Source: Candidatus Hydrogenedentota bacterium (GTDB taxonomy: Bacteria; Hydrogenedentota; Hydrogenedentia; Hydrogenedentales; SLHB01). From it: a stretch of 64,000 nucleotides of DNA. The stretch covers positions 32,001 through 96,000 of the forward strand of contig BTWA01000020.1 in assembly GCA_045863295.1 (NCBI GenBank), read 5' to 3'. Shown one piece after another: positions 20,831-30,263 of this stretch. Position numbers and translations under genes: made by a program. The notes beneath the pieces are model-generated. The model was not told the DNA's origin. It saw only the letters and a list, made by a program, of their open reading frames with translations, and searched no databases. How positions within the stretch are numbered: position 1 is the stretch's first letter; each line of letters starts with the position of its first letter.

Positions 20831-21412
20831 ATGTTGACCCTGGACAATTACATTGCCGGTTTGACCAAGGCCTTGAACGGCATCGACCGGAAGGCATTTG
20901 ACGCGCTCGTGGCGGAAGTAACCCGCGCGCACAAGGAAGACAAGTTCATTTACACGTGCGGCAACGGGGGCAGCGCCTCCACCGCTTCGCACATGATCAA
21001 CGATATCGTGAAAGCCCCGAACGACGCATCCGGCTGTCGGCCCATCCGCGCCATCGGTCTCACGGATTGCACGCCGCTGATGACGGCCCTGGCGAATGAC
21101 ATCAGCTACGATCAAATGTTTGCGCGGCAACTCAACGCCTGGGGCCGCGAGGGCGATCTGCTGATCGCCATTTCCGGCAGTGGCAATTCGCCGAACATCC
21201 TCGAGGCCATCAAGCTCGCGAAGCAACGCGGCATGCGCACCGTCGGGATGACCGGCTATTCCGGCGGCAAAATGGCGGAGATGGTCGATGTGCACCTCCA
21301 CGTGCCCTGCAATTGCATGGCGCAGGTGGAAGACGCGCACCTCATTCTCCAGCATTGTCTGGTGGAAGTCTTGAAAATCGTCAACGGCGGAAAGAGCCCG
21401 GCCACGATATGA
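20831..21412 (+). CDS. gmhA: Phosphoheptose (sedoheptulose-7-phosphate) isomerase, SIS domain
   Basis: CGNGGSASTASH, TALAND, ISGSGNSPN, QVEDAH. Confidence 0.88.
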   Translation: MLTLDNYIAGLTKALNGIDRKAFDALVAEVTRAHKEDKFIYTCGNGGSASTASHMINDIVKAPNDASGCRPIRAIGLTDCTPLMTALANDISYDQMFARQLNAWGREGDLLIAISGSGNSPNILEAIKLAKQRGMRTVGMTGYSGGKMAEMVDVHLHVPCNCMAQVEDAHLILQHCLVEVLKIVNGGKSPATI

Positions 21413-22086
21413 CTTCGCCGGACAACGCGCATACGGTAACGCCCAGAAGCGATCTGACGTTCGTTTTGAGCAAGCGGTTGTTGGACCTTGTCGTCGCGGG
21501 GGGCAGTCTGCTGCTGCTCTCCCCTGTCTTCATCGCGGTGGCCGTTGCCATTAAGGTGACGTCGCCGGGCCCGGTGTTTTTCCGTGGCACGGTGATCGGA
21601 AAGAATGGCGTGCCATTCACGTACTACAAATTCCGATCCATGGTCGCGGGCGGCGATACGTCAAAGCACAAGGAGTTCATCCAGAAGTACGTGACGGAGA
21701 ACAAGGGGCAGGTGGACGAGTCGGGCAAGGAAGTGTTCAAGCTGACAAACGATCCTCGGGTGACCTCGATTGGCAAGATCATCCGCAGGGTGAGCATCGA
21801 CGAGTTTCCACAGATGCTCAATGTGTTGAAAGGCGACATGTCCGTCGTGGGACCCCGCCCGCCCGTTCCCTATGAATTCGAACTCTACGACGACCGCAAG
21901 AAACAGCGGCTTCTTGTGAAACCGGGCATCACGGGATTAAACCAGGTGCGCCGCCGCAGTCAGAGCACGTTCGATCAGATGTTCGACGACGACATGGACT
22001 ACATTCGCAACCAGTCGATTCTGCTCGATATATTCATCATGATTAAGACCCCGTGGGTCATGCTGTTCGGCGCGGGCCCCACATAA
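21409..22086 (+). CDS. Short (PglC-like) polyprenyl-phosphate sugar phosphotransferase
   Basis: KRLLD, SPGPVFF, YKFRSM, DPRVT, SIDEFPQ...GDMSVVGPRP, KPGITGLNQV. Confidence 0.9.
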   Translation: MTSPDNAHTVTPRSDLTFVLSKRLLDLVVAGGSLLLLSPVFIAVAVAIKVTSPGPVFFRGTVIGKNGVPFTYYKFRSMVAGGDTSKHKEFIQKYVTENKGQVDESGKEVFKLTNDPRVTSIGKIIRRVSIDEFPQMLNVLKGDMSVVGPRPPVPYEFELYDDRKKQRLLVKPGITGLNQVRRRSQSTFDQMFDDDMDYIRNQSILLDIFIMIKTPWVMLFGAGPT

Positions 22087-22100
22087 GCAAGGAGCGCATT

Positions 22101-23213
22101 GTGATCGCATTGGTTACCGGCGGTGCCGGATTTATCGGGTCCCACGTCGCGGATCGGCTCCTCGAAAAAGGCTACCACGTGCGAGTGGTGGACGCATTGC
22201 AGCCGCGCGTGCACCCCAAGGGAAAGCCGGAGTGGGTGAAACCGGAGATCGAATTCTTTCACGGCGACGTGCGCGACAAGGATCTCATGCGAAAGGCCAT
22301 GCAGGGCGTCGAAATTGTCTCGCATCAGGCGGCCTACCAGGATTACATGCCCGATTACAGCACGTTTATCAGCACAAACGTGACCAGCACCGCCTTGATT
22401 CTGGAACTGGTGACGGAGATGAAACTCGACATACGCCGGGTTTCGGTTGCGTCGTCTCAGGCCGCCTACGGCGAAGGCCGCTACACCTGCGAAGAGCACG
22501 GCCCCTTCGAAGCGCGCGGCCGATCGATGGCGCAGCTTGAAGCGTCGGACTGGGAAGTGAAGTGCCCGGTCTGCGGATGCGACACGGACAACCTGCCGCT
22601 CGAAGAAACGATGCAGAATCCGAACAACGCGTACGCGCTGTCAAAACTCTTTGAAGAAATGACCGCCCTGCGCCTCGGCCGGTTGCACAATATTCCAACC
22701 TGCGCATTGCGGTATTCCATTGTGCAGGGACCGCGCCAGTCGCTGTACAACAGTTATTCCGGCGTGAACCGCATTTTCAGTCTGCGCCTGCTGCACAACG
22801 AACCGCCCATTATTTACGAAGACGGCATGCAAAAGCGCGATTATGTACACATCAAGGACGTGGTCGAGGCGAACATGCTGGCGCTGTTCGATGAACGCAC
22901 GAAGTGGGAGCAATACAACGTCGGCGGCGACCGCGCCACCACCGTGCGCGAATTCGCCGCGGAACTCACGAAAGTCCTGAAAAAGGATATCGCCCCAAGC
23001 ATCCCCGGCGAATTCCGCGTCGGTGACAACCGGCACAGCGTCTCTTCGGTGGCGAAGCTGAAGGCGCTGGGATGGAAACCGGAACAGCCGTTGCAAGCCA
23101 TCTTTCGCGACTACATCGACTGGATCGAAAGCTTTGGCAACGTCGGCGAGTATTTCCGTGAAGCCGACCGCTTGATGCGTGAAGCAGGCAGCGTGCGCTC
23201 GGTCAAAAAGTAG
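22101..23213 (+). CDS. NAD-dependent nucleotide-sugar epimerase/dehydratase
   Basis: TGGAGFIG, YALSK, RDYVH; internal CEEHG...CPVCG insert. Confidence 0.9.
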   Translation: MIALVTGGAGFIGSHVADRLLEKGYHVRVVDALQPRVHPKGKPEWVKPEIEFFHGDVRDKDLMRKAMQGVEIVSHQAAYQDYMPDYSTFISTNVTSTALILELVTEMKLDIRRVSVASSQAAYGEGRYTCEEHGPFEARGRSMAQLEASDWEVKCPVCGCDTDNLPLEETMQNPNNAYALSKLFEEMTALRLGRLHNIPTCALRYSIVQGPRQSLYNSYSGVNRIFSLRLLHNEPPIIYEDGMQKRDYVHIKDVVEANMLALFDERTKWEQYNVGGDRATTVREFAAELTKVLKKDIAPSIPGEFRVGDNRHSVSSVAKLKALGWKPEQPLQAIFRDYIDWIESFGNVGEYFREADRLMREAGSVRSVKK

Positions 23214-23308
23214 CCCAAAAAAAAAAAGACCGGGCGACTGTACGCAATAGGCAGTGGATTCCGAGCGGATGGGTCAGCGCTTGGAACGTGAATTCATGAG
23301 AGGTGCTC

Positions 23309-24709
23309 ATGCCCAAGGCAAGCGATGTCCGGGTAACCGGCGCCACGCTGTACTTCCTTCCGGTGAAAACCCGCGTGCCGCTCAAGTTCGGGACCGAGGC
23401 GCTGACACACGTCACCGTGGCGCGAGTACGGATCCGGGTGTGCGACGCCCAAGGCCGGCAAGCGGATGGCTGGAGCGAGACACCGCTGTCGGTGCAATGG
23501 GTATGGCCCGGCGCGGTCGCCTATGAGACGCGCCACGAAGCCTTGAAATCGTTCTGCCGTATACTCACGAAGGCGTGGCCCGCGTCCGGTCATTGCGGGC
23601 ATCCGCTCGAAGTGGGCCATGCGTTTATTGAGTCGGACCTCACGCGTTTGGCGGCGGAGTTCAACGAGGCCCACCCCGGCCATGAACCAATGCCGCACTT
23701 GGCCGCGCTGGTCTGTTGCTCGCCGTTCGACATTGCCTTGCATGATGCGTACGGAAATCTGCAAGGCCTTCCGGTGTATCAGACGTACAACAGGAATTTC
23801 ATGAGCCTCGATCTCGCGGGATTTCTTACGCCCGAAGAAGGCAGCCATGTGTCGTTTGCCGGCCGCTATCCCAGCGACTATCTCGTCGGCCCGGAATCGA
23901 CAACCCTCCCGGCCTGGCACCTGGTCGGCGGATTGGATCCGCTGGACGAATCGGAATTGACAGGTTCGGAACCGGATGACGGGTATCCTGTGCTTCTGAG
24001 GGATTGGATCGAACGCGACGGATTGCGCTGTCTAAAGGTAAAGTTGCGCGGCAACGACATGCCCTGGGATTACGATCGGCTGGTGCGCGTCGGTGCCATT
24101 GCCGTGGAATGCGGATGCCATTGGATTACCGCTGATTTTAACTGCATCGTGACGGAACCCGCCTATGTAAACGAGATCCTGGATCGACTAATGCTGGATC
24201 ATCCCCGCCTCTACGGCATGATCCTCTACGTCGAACAACCATTTCCATACGACTTGGAAGCGCACCAAATCGATGTGCACAGCGTCTCCGCGCGAAAACC
24301 GTTGTTCATGGATGAAAGCGCCCATGATTGGCGGTTAATCCGGCTGGGCAGAGAGTTGGGTTGGACCGGCGTGGCGTTGAAAACATGCAAGACGCAAACC
24401 GGAGCGATTCTAAGCCTCTGCTGGGCCAAGGCGCACGGCATGACCCTGATGGTGCAGGACCTGACCAATCCGATGATTGCGCAGATTCCGCACGTGCTCC
24501 TCGCCGCGCACGCGGGAACAATCATGGGCGTGGAAACCAACGCGATGCAGTTTTATCCCAACGCCTCATCCGTCGAAGCAGAAGTGCATCCCGGTTTATA
24601 TACCCGGCGCGGCGGCGTTGTGGATTGGTCAACGGTTACCGGGCCGGGATTTGGGTACCGGATTGAGGCAATCCCGCGCATCCTGCCGCCGCCCGATTGC
24701 GAGGCATAA
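23309..24709 (+). CDS. Enolase superfamily (mandelate racemase/muconate lactonizing-like) protein
   Basis: KVKL, ADFN, VEQP and MDES metal-ligand pattern; PGFG near the C-terminus. Confidence 0.75.
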   Translation: MPKASDVRVTGATLYFLPVKTRVPLKFGTEALTHVTVARVRIRVCDAQGRQADGWSETPLSVQWVWPGAVAYETRHEALKSFCRILTKAWPASGHCGHPLEVGHAFIESDLTRLAAEFNEAHPGHEPMPHLAALVCCSPFDIALHDAYGNLQGLPVYQTYNRNFMSLDLAGFLTPEEGSHVSFAGRYPSDYLVGPESTTLPAWHLVGGLDPLDESELTGSEPDDGYPVLLRDWIERDGLRCLKVKLRGNDMPWDYDRLVRVGAIAVECGCHWITADFNCIVTEPAYVNEILDRLMLDHPRLYGMILYVEQPFPYDLEAHQIDVHSVSARKPLFMDESAHDWRLIRLGRELGWTGVALKTCKTQTGAILSLCWAKAHGMTLMVQDLTNPMIAQIPHVLLAAHAGTIMGVETNAMQFYPNASSVEAEVHPGLYTRRGGVVDWSTVTGPGFGYRIEAIPRILPPPDCEA

Positions 24710-24739
24710 AAAAAGCGGACCCCGCGACGAGGTCCGCTT
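24708..24739 (-). terminator. Rho-independent terminator of the cytochrome c/Cys-rich gene
   Basis: Hairpin AAGCGGACC/GGTCCGCTT with an A7 tract on the left (U-tract on the minus strand). Confidence 0.7.
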
Positions 24740-24760
24740 GGAAAATCGGGAAACTGGACG

Positions 24761-26959
24761 TCAGGCGACTTTGTCCGCCGCCGGTTCCGCGGGCGTCTCC
24801 GGTTGCTTGCCCACGGCGCCCGGATTGCACTTCTCACACGCCTTCGCGCTCTTGAGCGCCTCAACGCAACATTCGTGCCCGCACGCCGCGCCGCCCGCAA
24901 GCGCCTTGGAGCAGCAACTGTCCGCGTCAAAGAATGCGGCGACTTCGGGTGCCACCGCCGCCGCGGGTTCCGCCGCGGCTTGCTGCGATTTGGGATTGCA
25001 CTTCACGCAGACTTCGCCTTTGGCCGCCGCTTCGACACAGCAAGGATGGTCGCATGTATTGCCTTCCGCGAGGGGCTTGGCACAGCAACTGCCCAGATCG
25101 AACTTGGCAATCAACGCCAGCTTCTTGCCGGCATCCGCATTGCACTTGGCACAGACCTCACCTTTCGCGGCCGCTTCCGCGCAGCAAGGATGGTCGCACG
25201 ACTTGCCCTCGGCTTTGGATTTGCCGCAACAGCCGTCGGCACTGAACAGCGCGGCAAGTTTCGCGGTAACGCCCGCATTGCACTTCGCACATACGGTTCC
25301 CGCCTTGACGGCCGCCAGACAACATTCGTGGCCGCACGCCGTGCCGCCGGCAATGGCTTTGCCGCAGCAGCTCTCCGCGTCCGTGAACAAGGCCACCAAC
25401 TTGGCGGCCATCGCGTTGCACTTGGCGCAGACTTCACCTTTCGCGGCGGCTTCGGCACAGCAGGGATGATCGCACGCTTTGCCGTCAGCCTTGGCCTTGC
25501 CGCAGCAGCCGTCAACCCCGAACAACAACGCCACGGTGGGATTCGCGGGAGCGGCCGCCGGGGTTGCTTCCGGCTTGGCCCCTTGATTCGGATTGCACTT
25601 GGCGCAAGATTCGCCTTTTGCGGCGGCCTCCGCACAGCAAGGGTGGTCACACCACTTGCCTTCAGCCAACGCTTTGGCGCAACAGCCTTCCGCGTCGTAC
25701 TTGGCCACCAACGCCAGTTTTGCCGCGGCGCCCGCGTTGCACTTCTGGCACGCCTCGCCTTTCGCGGCGGCTTCCACGCAGCACGGATGTTCACATGCCT
25801 TGCCCTCGGCCGCGGCCTTGCCGCAGCAGCTTTCGGCGTCGATCAGCAAGGCCACCGGCACGGACGGCTTGGCGGCATCCGCCGGGGCCGCTTCTGGCGC
25901 GGGGGCCGGCGCGGCCTCGGGTGCGGGTGCAGCCTCGGGGGCTGCCGCAACTTGCAGGGCCTGACCCGTGTTGACATCGAGCCCGGGAATGGCGGCGGCC
26001 AATTTCGCGGCGCCCTCAGGCGTCACGCCGCTCTGCCATACGTATAGCTTCTTCAGTTCCTTCAGACCTTCAAGCTGGGCCAGTCCGGCATCGGTTACCG
26101 ACGTGCCGAACAGGTTCAGGTACTCGAGGTGCGGCAGCGCGGCAAGATGCGCCAAGCCCGCGTCGGTAATGGCGGTGCGTTCGAGGTGAAGGCGCGTCAG
26201 ACGCGTCATGCCCGCGATGTTGGCGAGGCCTGCATCGGTCACGCCGGTGCCCGCCAGATTGAGCCACGTGATGTTGGCGGCCATGGGCGCGAGTTGCGCG
26301 AGGCGGTCGTCCTTGACGTCTTGGCCGCCTTGCTGAAAATTCACGGTGATCAACGGGCTCTTCTGATCCAGCGGCAGCGCCAGCGCGCCAAGCGTCTTCG
26401 CGGAGGCCAACGTCTCGGCGGGCAGCGGCGTCACCTCGCCGGCCAATTGCTCCAGAATCTTAAACACTTCCGAGGTGGATTCGGTTTTCGGCGCCATTTT
26501 GACGGCGGAATCCGCCGGGGCCACCTCGCCTTTAGGCTCCTCTACAGGGGCAGCCACGGTGAATGTGCCGAACGATGCGCCCGACTCGATCCATGCCTTA
26601 ATGGTGGCAATCTGTTCGGGAGTCAAGGGATCGCCTTGAGGCGGCATGATGTCCGCATCACCTGCGGGCAGTGAGATGAGTTCAAGCAGAAGACTCTCAT
26701 CCGGCTTGCTCGCAAGTACCACAGGACCGTCTTCGCTGCCTTTCTCGATGGCCTCTTTCGAATCCAGACGCAGAGAAGCCTTTTGCTTCTCCGGCCCGTG
26801 ACAGCCCATGCACCGGGCCTGGAAGATCGGCAAAACTTTCTCGGAAAAGAACTCCGGTCCAACCTCCTCGGCAGTCGCGGCGGGAAGTCCCGCCAAACCC
26901 GCGATCGCAAAGGCGCCAAGAATCAAAACGGTACTGACGTGTGTGCTAAGACGCAGCAT
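24761..26959 (-). CDS. Secreted Planctomycete-type cytochrome c + leucine-rich repeats + seven Cys-rich repeats
   Basis: Signal peptide; VLPIFQARCMGCHG...MPP...WIESGA (PSCyt1-like); LRRs (LNLAGTGVTDAGL, LHLERTAITDAGL, LNLFGTSVTDAGL); C-terminal CC-x9-C-x-H-x-CC-x9-C-x2-CN repeated 7 times. Confidence 0.85.
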   Translation of the reverse strand: MLRLSTHVSTVLILGAFAIAGLAGLPAATAEEVGPEFFSEKVLPIFQARCMGCHGPEKQKASLRLDSKEAIEKGSEDGPVVLASKPDESLLLELISLPAGDADIMPPQGDPLTPEQIATIKAWIESGASFGTFTVAAPVEEPKGEVAPADSAVKMAPKTESTSEVFKILEQLAGEVTPLPAETLASAKTLGALALPLDQKSPLITVNFQQGGQDVKDDRLAQLAPMAANITWLNLAGTGVTDAGLANIAGMTRLTRLHLERTAITDAGLAHLAALPHLEYLNLFGTSVTDAGLAQLEGLKELKKLYVWQSGVTPEGAAKLAAAIPGLDVNTGQALQVAAAPEAAPAPEAAPAPAPEAAPADAAKPSVPVALLIDAESCCGKAAAEGKACEHPCCVEAAAKGEACQKCNAGAAAKLALVAKYDAEGCCAKALAEGKWCDHPCCAEAAAKGESCAKCNPNQGAKPEATPAAAPANPTVALLFGVDGCCGKAKADGKACDHPCCAEAAAKGEVCAKCNAMAAKLVALFTDAESCCGKAIAGGTACGHECCLAAVKAGTVCAKCNAGVTAKLAALFSADGCCGKSKAEGKSCDHPCCAEAAAKGEVCAKCNADAGKKLALIAKFDLGSCCAKPLAEGNTCDHPCCVEAAAKGEVCVKCNPKSQQAAAEPAAAVAPEVAAFFDADSCCSKALAGGAACGHECCVEALKSAKACEKCNPGAVGKQPETPAEPAADKVA
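24824..25840 (-). repeat. Seven intragenic repeats encoding a 7-Cys/1-His module
   Basis: For example CCGKAAAEGKACEHPCCVEAAAKGEACQKCN and CCAKALAEGKWCDHPCCAEAAAKGESCAKCN; identical spacing in all seven. Confidence 0.9.
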
Positions 26960-27082
26960 GGCTACTCCCTTTCCGGCTTTCATTTAGAGGGGTTGCCGGG
27001 ATAGCCCAATCCCAACCAATTCCTGCATTGTGGCACGCCCACGGGCGGCGTGGCAAGCCGGTTGGCCGGAAGGCTGGCCGGC

Positions 27083-28906
27083 CTACTGCATGGACACGCG
27101 TTGTGCGGTGCGGGTGTGCTGCTTTTGAACGGGAACGAGCGGCGGTGAGGACCCCGGGGTGAAATACCGGGCCATGTGCTCGTCAATCTTCGTTGGCACG
27201 GGAAATCCTTCGGTAAACATATCCCTGAGAAAACTGGCATCGGTGTCGCGATGGATCAACGTCCGGTAAAACGCCTCGCGTTTATAGGCGTCCAATGCCG
27301 CGAACTGCGTGCCGTCGGCCAGAGGCGTGAACGCCTCGGGCGCGGTAGCCGCCTCGGCACTGCCAGCAGGGGCGCCCCAGCGAAGCTCGGGCGGATGGTT
27401 GGGGTCAAACGAAAGGTCGTACAGTCGGCGCTCAATCTCCTGCAAGGTCAAGGTCACTTTCTCGCCTTTGGAATTGGTGTATTCAATGGATTTCGAAGCG
27501 AAGATGCGCCGTTTTTCCTGTCGCAATGCATAGGCAAAATCGGCCTGACTGTAAACGCCCTTGCGGGAAAGGCGGTCGAAATTCACCAATTCGGGCCGGC
27601 TCGCGTACCAGTCGATGGCATCGTCGATCCAACTCATCAACTGGAAATACTCGGATCGATAATCCACGTCGAGCGAAGCCGTCGAAAACGAACCCCACCG
27701 GCCCTGTTCGTTGAATACGTTCTGAAAGCGGTTCCCTTCCGGAAACGGGATGGGGCCCTGCGTTTGCACCTCATTCCAACCGGCCTGCACAAATCCCTCG
27801 CGGGTCTTGAACGCCTCGACAATCTGGTCCGCGAATGAATCCAGCATGGCCACCGGATCGATGCTCTCGGCCGTGCGCAGTTTTTCGCGAATATAGGCAT
27901 GAATGCCCTCGGGCTTGCCGGGAAACTGATCCGATTTTCCATTCATCAGCGCTTCGTACACGTCGTATTGTTCGAGCGAATAGCCAAAGGCCTTCATTTC
28001 CTCGTCGGTCATGCGCCGCACACCGGTGACTTTGCCCTCGGCATTCGTTTCCGCATAGGGGAACCGGTACTGACGGAAGCCGCGAAAGCAGCCTGCATAA
28101 GGATTGGCGGCGTTGCTCGATTGGCGCGGAGCAAGCCCCGTCACGGCATTGATGGTGTTGTGGGTGTAAATGTCGCGCGAAACGGCCGTCGTCGCATCCA
28201 GAAAGTACACCTGACCGTAAGGATCCGTATTCCCAAGCACGAGCACGTGCCCATCGTGATAATACATGACGCCCGGCACGAGATACCGGGGGTCAATGGC
28301 AACCGGTACGGTGTCGGAATGCTGCGCGTTTTGAGCGGTCGGTTCCACCCGATAGTTGCCGGTGCAAAAGCCTGTGACCGCGTCGACGAAAAACTGATGC
28401 GTGGACGAATAGTCGAAGCTGCTGGACCAGGTCACAGGCTCGTTCTTGACGGCCGTGCGCAAATCGGTGCCGTCGGTCGACCGCACATACGTGATCATCC
28501 AGGGAAGGCCACGGCGATAAGCGTAATACGAACCCAGCGAAATGGTCAGCTTGCCGCAGTCCAGGATCGTGTGCATCGCATGCATGCTGGCGGGATCGAG
28601 TTGCGGGTTGCTGGGTTCGCCGGCAAACGCGGGGTCCAACAGAAGGTTCATCTCCGGGTCGTTCAGCACGGCCTCGATCTTCGCCAGCCGTTGCTTGGGA
28701 TTGCCGCGCGACTTCACGTGAAAGATGTTCTGTACCCATTTCGAATAGTGCTGAAACTCAGCGGGAGTCCACTGGCGGTAAAGGGGCCAGGCTCCGCGCT
28801 CGGAATGTATCGTGGCCGGGTTCGGATCCTCGGTCCAGGCGGACGTCGTCACAACCAGACAGAGAATCCCAAGTGCAAGACAACTCCGGAGTGGGGATGC
28901 GTTCAC
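27083..28906 (-). CDS. Secreted hypothetical protein, possible Cys-His-Asp hydrolase
   Basis: 607 aa with a signal peptide; motifs LDCGKL, DGHVL, FLDA and SFDPNHPPELRWGA. Confidence 0.65.
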   Translation of the reverse strand: MNASPLRSCLALGILCLVVTTSAWTEDPNPATIHSERGAWPLYRQWTPAEFQHYSKWVQNIFHVKSRGNPKQRLAKIEAVLNDPEMNLLLDPAFAGEPSNPQLDPASMHAMHTILDCGKLTISLGSYYAYRRGLPWMITYVRSTDGTDLRTAVKNEPVTWSSSFDYSSTHQFFVDAVTGFCTGNYRVEPTAQNAQHSDTVPVAIDPRYLVPGVMYYHDGHVLVLGNTDPYGQVYFLDATTAVSRDIYTHNTINAVTGLAPRQSSNAANPYAGCFRGFRQYRFPYAETNAEGKVTGVRRMTDEEMKAFGYSLEQYDVYEALMNGKSDQFPGKPEGIHAYIREKLRTAESIDPVAMLDSFADQIVEAFKTREGFVQAGWNEVQTQGPIPFPEGNRFQNVFNEQGRWGSFSTASLDVDYRSEYFQLMSWIDDAIDWYASRPELVNFDRLSRKGVYSQADFAYALRQEKRRIFASKSIEYTNSKGEKVTLTLQEIERRLYDLSFDPNHPPELRWGAPAGSAEAATAPEAFTPLADGTQFAALDAYKREAFYRTLIHRDTDASFLRDMFTEGFPVPTKIDEHMARYFTPGSSPPLVPVQKQHTRTAQRVSMQ

Positions 28907-29160
28907 GGGTCAGCACTCTCCTTGCAGGATGCGGCAGTTCTTCTCTTCGGATCCGCTGCGTTGGCACGTGCGTGGCCTGCCAAGCGCCCGTCTAGCGTAC
29001 CACAATCGACCGTACAAGTCATCAGACCCAGACCGTGCATCCACCATATGTAGGGGCAGATGAGCAAACGGATCGTTCCGGATCGGCGCACGGGGACATT
29101 CCCCCTTTGACAAGGTCGCGGGGTCTGTCGTAGCGTGACGCCTACTTCGACGGGGAATGC

Positions 29161-29736
29161 ATGAACGACACCACGATACAACAGTTTTGCTCAGCCTTTT
29201 TGGCTGTATCGGGTAAGCCGCACCGGGCCTCCACACTGGCGCAAGCGGCGGCGCTCGTCGTGCAACTTGCCGCGCCACTCGCTCCAAAACCCGTGGCGCT
29301 CGCGAACTTGCCCGAAAAATGGATGACCGCCATCAGAGACGCATGCGGCGCGGCGGGGATCGACGTGGTGGCCCCCCCTTGGATTCATGACAATCTACCC
29401 GCAAGGATTGACGATGCGGGGCTCGGGGTGACCGGCATGGCATTCGCCATCGCAGAAACCGGAACACTCGTGGAAATAACCGAGGACGATGCGGACCGGC
29501 TTGTCTCCGCGTTGCCACGCACCCACATCGGGATCGTGGCTGCGGACACCTTGGTGGGTGCATACCGGGACGCCGCTGGGCCATTGCGGCAAGCCCTTGG
29601 CGCGGACACAAAGAAGTGTACGGTGAGTTTCATTTCAGGTCCCAGCCGAACCGGCGACATCGAATTGAAGTTGACGCTGGGCGTGCACGGACCGGAAGTG
29701 GCCCATGCCATCATCCTTGAATCCGATGAACGCTGA
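29161..29736 (+). CDS. LUD-domain protein (LutC/YkgG family)
   Basis: AIAETGTLV, SALPRTHI, ISGPSRTGDIELKLTLGVHGP. Confidence 0.85.
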   Translation: MNDTTIQQFCSAFLAVSGKPHRASTLAQAAALVVQLAAPLAPKPVALANLPEKWMTAIRDACGAAGIDVVAPPWIHDNLPARIDDAGLGVTGMAFAIAETGTLVEITEDDADRLVSALPRTHIGIVAADTLVGAYRDAAGPLRQALGADTKKCTVSFISGPSRTGDIELKLTLGVHGPEVAHAIILESDER

Positions 29737-30251
29737 TGGGAGACCAACGACAGGTGAACACGCAGGAATTGGCGCTTGAGCTGGAGCGATGCACCAACGA
29801 CGTGCTCGCCTTGTTGGCCGCGGCGCCGGACGAGGCCATTTTTCGCAAACCCGGGGATAGCCAATGGTCTGCCGCGGAAGTGGTCGAGCATCTGATCCTG
29901 CTGGAATTCGGCGTATTGCGCATTCTTGGGGGAACCAGCCTGCCGCCCACCCGCGCCCACGATGCGGAAGTCCCCGCCATTCTGGACGCATTGGAAGACA
30001 CCACAAGGACACTCCACGCACCGCCGCCCATCGCGCCAACCGGCCGCTACCAGGACCGGGAAAAGTTGGTGACCGCGTTCAGCGGCGTTCGCGGTAAACT
30101 GCGCTTATGGCTCCCGGATCACGACGTGACGCTGCTCTATCCCGACTTCCGGCACGCCCTGTTCGGCGAGCTCACGGGGTATGAATGGATCTGCTTTGTC
30201 ATCGGCCATACGCGCCGCCACATGCAACAGATGCAACGCGCGATGGCGTGA
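29736..30251 (+). CDS. DinB family protein
   Basis: WSAAEVVEHL, HALFGEL, HTRRHMQQM. Confidence 0.8.
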   Translation: MGDQRQVNTQELALELERCTNDVLALLAAAPDEAIFRKPGDSQWSAAEVVEHLILLEFGVLRILGGTSLPPTRAHDAEVPAILDALEDTTRTLHAPPPIAPTGRYQDREKLVTAFSGVRGKLRLWLPDHDVTLLYPDFRHALFGELTGYEWICFVIGHTRRHMQQMQRAMA

Positions 30252-30263
30252 AGGAGTGCGCAG

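Noticed and set aside
23217..23227. A11 tract as a phase-variation switch
   Set aside because: It is intergenic just after a stop codon, with no promoter elements recognisably spaced by it.
24824..25840. CRISPR array or non-coding tandem repeat
   Set aside because: The repeats are in-frame, vary at synonymous positions and encode the Cys-rich module. No cas genes or repeat-spacer pattern were seen anywhere in the window.
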